Source: Podarcis cretensis (lineage: Eukaryota). Taken from it: a stretch of 64,000 nucleotides of DNA. How positions within the stretch are numbered: the stretch's first letter is position 1; every line of letters begins with the position of its first letter. Below, piece by piece: positions 1-29,000 of this stretch. The stretch covers positions 50,220,001 through 50,284,000 of the forward strand of contig OX638154.1 in assembly GCA_951804945.1 (NCBI GenBank), read 5' to 3'. The notes under the pieces were generated by a model. That model was not told the origin of the DNA. It saw nothing but the letters and a program-made list of their open reading frames with translations, and searched no databases. The position numbers were made by a program, and so were the translations under genes.

Positions 1-748
1 ACCCTGACCCCAGACTTAAAGGCAATTGCTAACTTCCTTTATGACAACCTCATTCAAGATTTTCAAAAGTATTGCAAAATACTGGAATACATGACAGTTG
101 GCAGTGCTATCCTTATAGTTAGGGATGCATCTCTTAGGAAAAACACCATTCTCTCTCAAAACTTTGGCACATTCAGCCATGAGCCATAGTGGCTGCCATC
201 TTTTGTACCCTTTCATGGTCTCTTGGAAAGCAAAGCCCCTTTGTATACCTCTGGTTTTAGTGATTACAAGTCATCACCTTTTCCTGTTCAGTTGCACGTA
301 AAGCTTGAAAGAGTCCTGTAGTATCCCTTGTAGCATCCCTTGTGCATGTATACAATACTAGCCTTTTAGTTCTGTCGTGTTCTATGGTAGTTGACATGGA
401 TTTAAGAAATTTAATTCCACTGATTTCAGTAGATCTACTTCAAATATGACTTCGATAAATATCACCCCATGTATTTATGCACTGCTCTACCTTTACTGTA
501 AAGCATCCTTGTAAGGTGTTTTAAGGACTTGGTATGTTAGAAAGGAAGCCTATTTTTTAATAAATAAAAAATAAAAATCTGCCTGCCAATAATCTTTGAA
601 GAATGTTGATATCCTGCAGTATTTGAAGCACACACGGTGCCACCTTATGCTAGTGTGTATAAGCCAAGAAGTGAAAAATTTGCAACAGGAAACCAGATTG
701 ACCAGGACACTTCCACTGTTTTAAGATGAATGATCAGAATGAAGTTAA

Positions 749-18149
<17,401 letters not shown>

Positions 18150-21100
18150 TGGACCATAACGCTGAAGGACCAGACTACATAATCTACACAAGAGCTTTAG
18201 CAAGAATATTTTTAAAGAACATATTTTTTGTGTTACTTCTAAAAACTTTTTTATTTTTTATTTTATTCATGTGATTTTACTGCCCTCTCTTATTCTCTTG
18301 AATATTCCTCTGTCTTTGTGTCTGACTTTACAGACAACCTGGGATTTCCCTGCTGCATCACCACTAAAATAGTACAGTTTCAGCTCCTCAGCTCTATTAC
18401 TAAGGAAAGGATTTCCCTGGGTAATGAAGGGCATTCCTGTCCTCTGGTCATTTTATTTTTTAATTTAAAACTTTCTGGAGCACCTTAGTTGTAGTTGGTA
18501 GAACTGCAAAATATTAAGAGTACTATTTTTTCTGTGTGGAATTATCTACAAATTCTAAATTGCCTTAACGAGCCCCAATTTATTAGCTGCTAGATCAGTG
18601 CTCCTTTTCCTGTACTGGAACAGAGTTATATCTTGTGGCCAGTTAGGTGTATATTCAACAAATGCCTAATATTGTGTTGTGAAGAAACAGTGGGACAATT
18701 TCAAATACTATTTATTTTTAGTTAGGCTATTTTTCCTACATGAAATATGTAGCTGCATGCCTGATTACACCAATCCTAGGTAGACTTTAACATTCTTTTT
18801 AAGTTGCTAGGGTGCTAATCTGAATTGAAATGGCTATTGACTATCCACTGTCTTCACTTTTCCATAGCTTTTATATGTTATGTTTTTTCTTTCTTTAAGT
18901 GAAGATGTACCAGAACCATATTTTAAAAGGCAATGGGTGAGAATTCCTTTTCCTTCGAGTTTGGACATTTTTAAGGTAGAATCATAGAATTCTATGAAGA
19001 TATCAGTAATACATTGAAGAATTGGTAGGGGCCACTTAGAACCAAATCAGTCCTTCTGAGCTGAGATGGGTATCTCCTGTGCTCCATCCTTTCATTTGTC
19101 CAGCACCGGAGATATTTGGATGATGTAGTTGCTTAGCTTTTCATATCTTACAAAGCCAGTGTGGGGGACCTTTGGCCCTCCAGATGTTGCTGTACTACAA
19201 CTCCTTTCAGCCCCTGCAAGGGATGATGTGAGTTGTAGTTCAGCAAACAATTGGAGGGTCAAATGTCCTCTCTCCACTGCCACCCACACCTGCTATAAAG
19301 AATTATTCATTGTGTAAAGCACCTTCCCTCCATCTTCAGGCTCCATTTGTAGCAAATGAATATTGAAGGTGGAATCCCTTCCCATTGGCACTGCTGTTTT
19401 AAGTGCTCTGCTGCTTTAATTACCTTGGCTTAAGCTAGCCTATTCTGTCTGGTTATCTTGATGCACTGGTACCTCTCCTGCGAAACTACGGTGCAGCCAG
19501 ATTTCACATTTTAGTGCCATGAAAGAGGAGGGAGCTCATCTTTAGAGAGGCAAACATCAGGCTAAGGAAGGTGGTTCATGCAAATGCTGCCTGCATCTGA
19601 TCACTTCAGACTTGTCCTGAAGTCTCAAGGGGCAGTGATGAAAAGCTAGAGACTACTGTGAATCATAGTGAATATATGATCAACCTTGAATTTCTGTGGC
19701 TTTTTATGTAACCTTTGCAGAAAACTTGATGTAAATACGGATTACATTCCTAGTTCCATCTTCTTGAAATCTATTCCACTATTGTATGGCATTGGCTGTG
19801 GTCCTTCCTGATATCCTTCACTGAGGAGAATAATTTAACTGTGATTTGATGAGGCGTCTGAGCCACCAAACCTTTGCACGTTCATGCTTGCTCTCTCTTT
19901 CTCAGAGCCCTAGGTGACCTTTCTCTTGTACCTTTGGCCTCAAATAGCTGTCTGGTTCCTTTCTGGCAGCTACAGGGTGGCCACTTGGCCTTGCAGAATG
20001 GCTGCAGGCCATTGACTGACTTGAATGTGGGAGATCCCTTTGCCTCCAGCTCCTCCTGCCCACCCCCTTTTCCAGAATCTGACTTACATTTGGCCAGGCC
20101 AAATGAACTCTGTTCTTCCTTTTTGTTGAAGTGATCTCAGAACCGAGCATATGTGCTTCCTCTCAGTTCCTTCATCAGGATGGCGTCTTAGTATTTTGTT
20201 TCTCAATTTCACAGCTCTAATACTACAAGTTCTGATCCCGGAATTGGCTTGGATCCTTCTAAGCCAAACAGAGTGCGCTCCCAAATGTCCTCCATGAAGC
20301 TCAGGGAGGGCCTCTTCATTCCATTTGTCTGCCTCTGTGTTGCAGTGTCAATAGATACCTTAGCTAAGGGCTTCATCTCTGTATAAGCCATGGAATAAAT
20401 TCTCATGCCTGGCAACACCTCAGTTCAGTCAGAGGGAGCATGTTATAGCATCAACCCAGGTGGGGATAGGTTTATTTTGTATATGAATGATTTTTAATGA
20501 ATGCAATATTATTCCTTGCAGATGAGCAATAAATCATTACGCAAAATCTAAATAAAATGATTAGAAAAATACCTCTGGCTTGAGTTTTTAAATAATCTTC
20601 TAAATAATCAGTGCCACAGTTTGCGCTGTCCAAGGAAACAAGTTGCCAGCACACTTTCAACTGCAAGATTCCAGTTTTAGTCCATCCACAAAGCAAATCA
20701 TTTATCTCCTAGGATGTCTGTGGGTTGAGAAGATATACAAATCCCTGATGTCAGAGCTCAAGGAAGAGCTTGGTATCTCTGCTTCTCTTCCTCCCCGAAG
20801 TAGACTTTACAGCAGGAATGGAGAAACCCTACTCTGTGAGTCAGATGTGGCCTGTAGTTAGCCCTTCAGGGGTGCTCAGTGGGAAGCAGCTGAGGGGGGA
20901 AATGCCATGGTTTTTTAAAACATAACAAAACATACCAAAAATATACACTATACAAATATGGGTAAGTCCTAATAAAATGTTATCAGTCTTTATGAGAAAA
21001 CAAAATTCTGTATAAATTAACTAGGGTAAATGCTTTTGTTGGGTGAAATGCACACTTTCAAAATGTTCCTCTGAAGTAAGATCTGTTGGAAGAAGATCAA

Positions 21101-21780
21101 AGTAAATTTTAAAAATGTTTCAGCAGAAAGGTAGATTACTGTTCCTTGCAAAGATGCAATTTTCAGGATGCAGATGCAGATGCATTTTGAAATTTTAGGT
21201 TTCAAATAGCTGTAAGACACAGCTTTGCAGTTCCTCTGTACTTTAAACATTGCTTGCATTTCTCTGATGGAATTACTGATTACTCTTTGAATTTTTGCAC
21301 AATTAGCATAGAGACAACAGTGAATAGGAGCTTTACTTTTTAAAACCTTTTTTTAAAGCTTATGGAGAAAATGGAAAGAAAATGGAAAGAAAATGGAAAT
21401 TTGAGTGGAGTTGCTAAGAAAAAAGCCCCTTGTTTTCATAGGAAATACCATTTTGTATGTCTCTGTATATGTTAAGAATGTGTGATTGGTGTGTTGATAT
21501 GGCCCCAGCCCTACTTTTCAGGAAGGGAATAACTGCCATTAAGTTAGCATTAGAAACTCTGTTGAAATAGAATCCTATATCCAAGTTTCCAGAAGCAAAC
21601 ACACTTCTATGGCTGTCTAGCCACACTGGATGCAAAACAAACCTAAGCTTGTTCCCATTGCTAATAAAATAGTGATAGTGTTAGGCTTTCCATGCAAGCT
21701 TTAGTTGTTGAGTTCACATTAACACAACCTACACTGAACTATTTGGTTTTTAAAAATAAATAAATTGTACGTAACATTAT
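18150..21780 (+). other. AHCYL1: AHCYL1 3' UTR (3' end uncertain)
   Basis: AT/U-rich sequence after the stop codon, with AATAAA hexamers at 20394, 20528, 20551, 20971, 21663 and 21755/21759; the site actually used cannot be determined from sequence alone. Confidence 0.5.
19157..19280. mobile_element. Old palindromic hAT-type MITE in the AHCYL1 3' UTR
   Basis: GGCCCTCCAGATGTTGCTGTACTACAACTC pairs with GAGTTGTAGTTCAGCAAACAATTGGAGGGTC; related copies at ~7830, 44118, ~49075 and 52055. Confidence 0.7.
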
Positions 21781-23259
21781 TTCTATCCCTATAAGTCCAC
21801 AGTCCATAAAAGAGTGTATGGATATACCAGACATCTTGATCTTGCTTGCTGTAGTCCAAGAAACTCTTCTCATTTTGGTGGGCAGAGGCAGTTCATATTG
21901 TTCCCTCATTTACTTCTTTCTTGTGAACACATTTCACATCTTTAATGCTTTCTGTTTGTTAAATTGTTGTGACCGAATATGGCCTAAAGCATTCTGCAAT
22001 TATCTACAATCCTTTTCCACAATGGACCATCCCTGATTCCATTGGACCCCCTCAAGCTCAGATGTTCCTATTGCTACCACACCTTTCTGTTCTGCTTCTG
22101 TATGGCTACTAATACTTTAGTAGCCTGATCATGTGCATACTGGTTGGTGGTCCCCAATATTCTCAAGTAGCAGGCAAGTGAAAGGCCATCCCACCAGTGC
22201 TACATCACAGATATGCCAGTGATGCTATCACAAGTGTCTATTTCAAGCATTTGTGACTTTTGCCAATGTTTTTGATAAGGTAAGATTGTACAGTACTTTT
22301 ATTAATGTCCTTACAACTACCCTACTGCAGGTTTTTTTGTTTGTTAAAAATCAGCTCATTAAAAGATTAAACAAGCCAAAGGTAAAAGTGATAGGATCCA
22401 CATAGTGTTCAAGTAGGTTTTCTTCTGCACATGAATAAATACTAGCATGAGCTGGAATGTAGGGCTCAGCTTGCAGAGTGTTAATAATGAATGTCCACAG
22501 TGTCTCCCTCTTTCCAAGTTCAAGATGCTGTTAAAGTAGTAAGCAGGCAGATGTTAAAAACATGCAGCAAACTGTTAACACTGAATAGTGGCTTGCCATG
22601 GAAACTTTAAATACAGTGCTGCATTGCAGTATTAAAGGCACTGATGACCTATGCGTTTGGATTCATAGAAATTTGGTCAGGCACTGTAAGACTGCACTAA
22701 GAAACATTAGGCCTTTTAAGCCCTATCTCAAAGGCACACTGTTCTATTTAAATAGAATGCATGGATAATCGTAAAATCCTTATTGAGCTGCTTCACAAGT
22801 GCAACCCTAGTTGCTGTAATAGATTTTTCCAACATGTGCATGTAGGAGTGAGCGATCCAGAAAGTGTGTGGCAGATGTGCATCTGGGACCCTTTTTGAAA
22901 TGTCCAGTTTCTCTTTCTTGCCCTTCCTTTATTTAGATGCGTACCGGTAATTTTCAGAGCGCTTGCCAAGTTCCAACGAGAGTCTTGTGGCACATAACGA
23001 ATTTATTGTGCCTTAAGCTTTTCTATTTGAGTCTCTTCTGTCAGATGTACGAAGTGTCCTCAGTTGGCATGAATATATGCGTAAGTGGGGGAAATGTGAA
23101 CAGTGGAATCGAATGACGGTGAATTGCAGGAAGTGCCTTCTGTATTGCACTGCCGTTTGATTCCGGCGTTCACAATTTTTTCTCTCCGCCCCTGCGTACA
23201 GCCTGTGTTTCTTGCACCGTTGTGCACTTGTCCATCATGAAGCTGCTGCTTTTGAGATG

Positions 23260-24070
23260 ACGATTTGAGAGCATAAGCGCGCTTCACTTGCACCGTCTGC
23301 GGGACTTTACGTGACAGCTCCCGGCTATAGCCAAACGAGCCTCCGTCGCCTTGGGAACCATTTCACAGGCTTTACAAAAACCGGAGAAATGCCAGCTTTC
23401 AGGCAGCGCCGCCTTTAAGAGGATAACGCGACGCAACCAAGATGGCTGCCGCGCCAGGTCACAAGAGTCCTTTGATCCGCTGGCCATTCTCAATCTGTTC
23501 CTGTCGTTTCCATGAAACACCAGCTTCTCATCTTAGCCAAGCCCATCCGCCACGCTCAAGATGGCGTCGCTTCCTGCGAGAACCTAGCGCTGCCTCGGCC
23601 CAGTTCGCGCGAGAGCTGCCGGCGCGTCGAGATGGAGCCAGGCGGCGGCGGCGGCGGAGGTCCGGGCTTGCTGATTGTCAACAACAAGCAACGGGGCGCG
23701 GGGCTCGGGCTGGCGGCGCCGGCGACGCCGGGGGTGAAGGGCCGAGAGCCCAACCGCAACCAGCGCAAGGACTCGGAGGTCAGGCGGGGCGGCGAGGGGC
23801 TCCGGGTGGGGGGAAGGACGTGTCCTCGCCCACTCGCCGCTTCCTACCGAAGTCTCAAGGAGCCGGGAGGAGGGAGGGAGGGAGGGAGCGGCTTCCTCTG
23901 GCTGACTCCGGCTTCCCTCACCTGTCGGGCCTTGCATGTCACCAGCGGTTTAAAAATAGAGATGAAGGGCGGGGCGGGGGCGTCGGGATGTCCCTGCGCT
24001 GACAGTGGACGTGCAGTGTTTAGTCTCCACCCAAGCCTTGGCTTTCCTCCCCTCCTCTACTCACGCGAAG
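23260..24070 (+). promoter_or_regulatory. STRIP1: STRIP1 CpG-island promoter
   Basis: Sharp CpG/GC enrichment over exon 1; two YY1-type CAAGATGGC motifs (23438, 23557); GC boxes at ~23967-23980. Confidence 0.85.
23632..23778 (+). CDS. STRIP1: STRIP1 exon 1
   Basis: gagATGG Kozak context; [20 protein letters not shown]...NRNQRKDSE|gtcagg. Confidence 0.93.
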
Positions 24071-26046
24071 CCATTTCCCAAATAAAGGCTTTTTCCCATC
24101 CCCATCACGAAGAGGAGCCTGCCATGGTCACAAGGCAGCTGCTTCCTCCTCCTGCAAAAAGTGCAACTTTTGGGAAAACCCTCCCCATCCTTTTGCCTTT
24201 TTAAAAGGTGTTTGCAGCGCAGAAGCTTGCTCACAAGTAAGCTGCCCTGTGCCCAGGGGCTCTTACGCTCGAGTAAGGGTTGCCTGTAGGGTGACAACCC
24301 GGAAGAGTATAAATCGGCAGTCCTATCTGTACACATTTACTTGGGAGTTAAGTTCCGTGGGTTTTGTAACTCTGAACAGATCTTGTCCAGGTTGCACGGC
24401 AGTCCGCGAAACTTGAGTTCCAGGCAAGCCTTAAAAGTGCGAAGTTGCCGAGCAATGTGGCAAAGCAGGTTTCAGGGAGAGGAGCATTGCCGTAGTCATC
24501 TGCAAGTTACCATAGTAACAGTGAAGCTGCGTGGGGAAAGTCAAGAGCCCTTTCATGCTGAGCCTAAGTTTTATTTTAAACTGTCCTCTTCACCCAGGGT
24601 TATTCGGAATCTCCCGATTTTGAGTTTGAATATGCAGACACAGACAAGTGGGCTGCTGAGCTGTCAGGTAAACTGTGAACTGCTTTACTCTAATATTGTG
24701 CTTTGTTTTGAAACAGTTTCATTTTATTATAATGGATGTTGCTACAAAGTAAAAATCAAGCCTATGTGAAAATTCAATGGATTTGTTTGAGTTGCTGCTT
24801 CCTATATTCATTGTTAGTTGCTTTCAGGTTTTATCTTGTGATTACCGCTGTGTGAGGAAAGTTGTTTCGAGTGGAAGTGATATCCACATAAAAGCTCTCA
24901 GTTTATATTTTCTGACCCACCTTGGATAATTTTTTAATGAAGAGCAAGTTAGAGGTGTTCTAAATAAAAAAATAATTCTGCTATAAATAAATAGTGTGTC
25001 TTAAATTTTGCTTTAAGTATACATATGTACTTTTGAATATTCAGTCAATATTATGTGTTCCTATTTTACTTCAATAGGAGAGATGTGCAGACATTGTCCA
25101 GATTCATTGCCCAGATTCATCTATCATGTTCCGCTTGTAAAACCCAGTGCAAGGACAACTGCTAGAGCAGTGGGGCTTTTCCACCTCCACTGTGAGCCCC
25201 CTGCACCTTCCCAAATTCACTCAGAGATATCCAGTAACAGTGCAGGGAGGGAGGAGAGGAAAGATGGTTCCATCAGGCAAGCAGAAATCCTTTCACTGAT
25301 GGAACAATTTCCTTAGCGCTATGCAGCATCCTACCCATTAGGCTTAACCATTGCTTGTTTCTGTAACTACAGTTAAGTGTTGCTTACACCTGAATACCTA
25401 CATCATGGTTAAGGGTTGTCTGCAAACTACTTATGTTAAGTCATGAGTCTGAAGTAGGTTTGTAAACCATGTTTTGTATTAACCATGGTACATCTACATC
25501 AATTAGTTTAGTTCTCCCTGCATCTCCAGGATCTTCCCTTGCAAAGTTATGAGCAGGCCTCATTGGTGTGGTTCCCACCCTACGGGGGCAGGGCTTAGCT
25601 TGAGAAAGCTCACCCATGGTAGCAATTTTCAAATAATGCCATCTTCTCTAACACTGTGTTATGAACATTCTTCCACTTGTCATGACAAATAGCTGTCTCC
25701 AGTCATGTTGCTTTAAACCGTGTTCAGGTATTGTATAACATATAACTTGGTTTTGTGTATTTATTATCTCATGGCAGAACTGTACAGTTACACTGAAGGT
25801 CCGGAATTCCAGCTCAACAGAAAATGCTTTGAGGAAGATTTTAGACTGCATGGTAAGAGTGATGTATTGTCTTTTTGCTGTGAAAATGTCTTGTAGAATT
25901 GCTTTGTGTGTGCTCTAGAAGTTGGTCTTTGTGTGCTCAAAATGTAAGATCTTTCTCTTTGTGATAGAAATAAAATACCAAAGGACTGATTGCTAAATCA
26001 AGTATGTTCTTACATCTTTCCATGAAACTTTGCTTTTATTTTAATC

Positions 26047-26089
<43 letters not shown>

Positions 26090-29000
26090 TTGTATACCTC
26101 CCTTCATCCAAAGATGGTTCACAACATAAAAATACAAAACGTGGGCACAAAATACATACGGTAATAAAGAACCCCCAAACAAACCAATAACACCCCTCCA
26201 AACCAATGACACATTTAAAAAGGTATAGAATGTTTCAACAGCCATAGCCCTGGTTATAGAGAAACCTTTTCATCTGGTGCCTAAAGGTATGTAATGAAGG
26301 CTTCAGGCAAACCTCTCCATGGAGAGCGTTCCACAAATGGAGAGCCACTGCAGAAAAGGTTCATTCTCATGTTTCCACCCTGGACCTCTCATGGAGGAGG
26401 CAAACAAAGAAGGGCCTCAGGTGATGATTGCAGGGTCTGGTATTGTGGTCCTGAGCCATTTAATAGTTTGTATTTTAAGCAAATCTTGCGTTTTTGGAAG
26501 CAATGGAAGGTATTTAAGGTAAATGAGAGGGCCTGATATCATAGCATAGGATCCTTATTTATGAATTTTCTGAATGTTCTAGTGTGCCAGTCTGAAGGGT
26601 GCTTACCACAGCTTTTAACTCATAAGAATTGTAAGGGCTTTTGGGTTCTTATGAATTCAGCCTGACCTCCCAGACTCTTCTAAAGCAAAGTTGCCCTGTG
26701 ACTTGTGAGGCTAAAGCTCCCTGATCTTTGAGGGTCTGTTTTGTAGTTTCAGAAAGCAGCCTTATATCAAACTGTTTGACTTTACAGTGCTGGATAAAAA
26801 ATGGACAGAGTTGGACACCGATCAACATCGTACCCATGCCATGAGGCTTCTTGATGGCCTTGAAGTCACTGCTCGGGAGAAAAGACTGAGGGTAGCCCGA
26901 GCCATCCTCTATGTTGCACAAGGTATACCTTTATTACTGCCAGAGGAAATTCTCAGTTATGAAATGTTTGCTAGTTGCTGTGTAATGTCTTCATGGAATA
27001 TTTATTAACATGGTACTTGAGTGAAACCAAGCCTGTTTTTTGAAAAAGAAAGAAAGAACAGAGATGATGGAAATTTGTTTGTTACTACCTTTATTGCATA
27101 AATGACTGAGAGCAGTATCCTACTAAATAGATCCACTAGTGCAGAGATTTCCACTTGCACAATGAAACCTCCTCCCTCTCTGCCAAATATGTGTGCCAAA
27201 TCTGTTCCAGAGAGTTGAGGAGAAACCCAGAACAGATTTAGGAGGTATGCAAGGAGAGGAGAGGATGGAGAACTTCTGTTGTACAAGCAAAAATCCTTGC
27301 ACTAGCAGATCTATTTAGTTGGATACCACCCTTACTCAGTTTCATTTTTATTTTTAGTTGTTTGGGGCTAGAATCTAGACTTACAGTCACTTTTCATAGT
27401 AAACCAAGATGGTTGTCCATCTTTGCTCATAGTGTGCCTGAACATCAGAGCTGACAGAGGCAGCAGTTTGTAATTGACTATCACATATGTAGATATAATT
27501 AATCTGAGTAGTTGCTATTATTATCATCATCAAAGTTATATCCCACCCTTCCACTCAAAGGAGCCCAGGACAGCAAGCGCACAAATAATGAAACAGTTTA
27601 AACATTTAAAAGCAATTCCAATTGAAATGCAACCTGTAAAAGGCTTGTTGAAAGAAGAAGGTGCCAAAAAGACAACAGAGGTGGTCCCTGTGTAATATTT
27701 AATGGGAGGGAATTCCAAAGAGTGGGTGCCACATCACAAAAGATCTGATTCCTATATTTTGCAGAATGGACTGACCCCCATGCTCAGTTAGTTATCTGCA
27801 TGAGGCCCTCACCTACAGAGCAGTTATTTGTTGGGTAAATAAGGGGCAAGACGATCTTTCAGGTATCCTGGTCCCAAGCTGTATAGGGCTTTATGCACCA
27901 AAACCAACACCCTGAACTTAGCCCAGTAACTAATTGGCAGCCAGTGCAGTTCTTTTAGCAGCTATGTAACATGGTGGCAGTAGCCTGCCACAGTGAGCAG
28001 TCAAGCCATCTCATTTTGCACTACCTGCAGCTTCAGGACTAACTTCAAGGGTTGCCCTGCATAGAAAACATTGCATTAATTCAGCCTACAGATTACCAGC
28101 ACATGGGTGACAGTGGCCTAGTCCCGAAATGGCCATAGATGTCGTATTGGCCAAAACCGGTAGAAGGCACTCCTGGCCACTAAGAGCACTTGGGCCTCTA
28201 CTGACAACTATGGATCTGGGAGCACTCCTGGATGAGCCTGCTCTTTAAGTGGGAGTACAACCCTATCCAAAGTAGGGAGTTGGCCAATTATTAAGAACCT
28301 GCCACCCAAAACACTTCCATCTTGCCAGGATTCAAAGTCAGTTTGTTGGCCCTCATCCAGCCCACCACCAAGTCCAGGCAGTGGTCCAGAGCTTGCATGG
28401 TCTCCATATTAGTACAGATGCATGATATTGCATTAGTGACATATTTCCATTGCACCAAATATTCAGGCAACAGAGGTTGTTCGGTGGGATTATCTCTTGA
28501 GATGTTGGTGTGATCAAGTGCCATCAAGTCCCACTGGAAGCCATGTTTCATTTTATAACTGTGTAACACTCTTGTTCTCTGTCCTGCAGCAGGTTCCAGA
28601 TGCTGCAGGAAGCTGACATTCTAGCCGGTTGTTTTCATAGTACTGTATTATAATTTTTGTGTTATTTTAATTTTGTGAATTCTCTGCCCTTAGGCATAAG
28701 AATCAGGAAAAACATATCAGTTATGAAGAACAACAACATGCTTTATCTGTAAAATGGAGAGCAAATTGGTATGATTTTTGTTTTTGTGGCTGCAGGCACA
28801 TTTGATGAGTGCAGCTCTGAAGCTGAAGTTCAGTCCTGGATGCGATACAACATTTTCCTTCTGCTTGAAGTTGGCACATTCAATGCTTTGGTGGAACTTT
28901 TGAACATGGAAATTGAGTGAGTTCCATGTTGCTGCAGAGTTGGGCCTCTGAGAGGAATGTAGGCTGTTTAGATAGCCTGGTTATGATCTGCCCCACCAGG

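Noticed and set aside
23442-24204. Long overlapping ORFs (186, 230 and 117 aa) at the STRIP1 promoter as separate genes
   Set aside because: Expected stop-codon scarcity in a GC-rich CpG island; only 23632-23778 has homology
26923-26935. STRIP1 intron 4 donor GTATACCTTT resembles the U12 consensus GTATCCTTT
   Set aside because: An extra A breaks the consensus and there is no TCCTTAAC branch site near the acceptor; treated as a U2 intron
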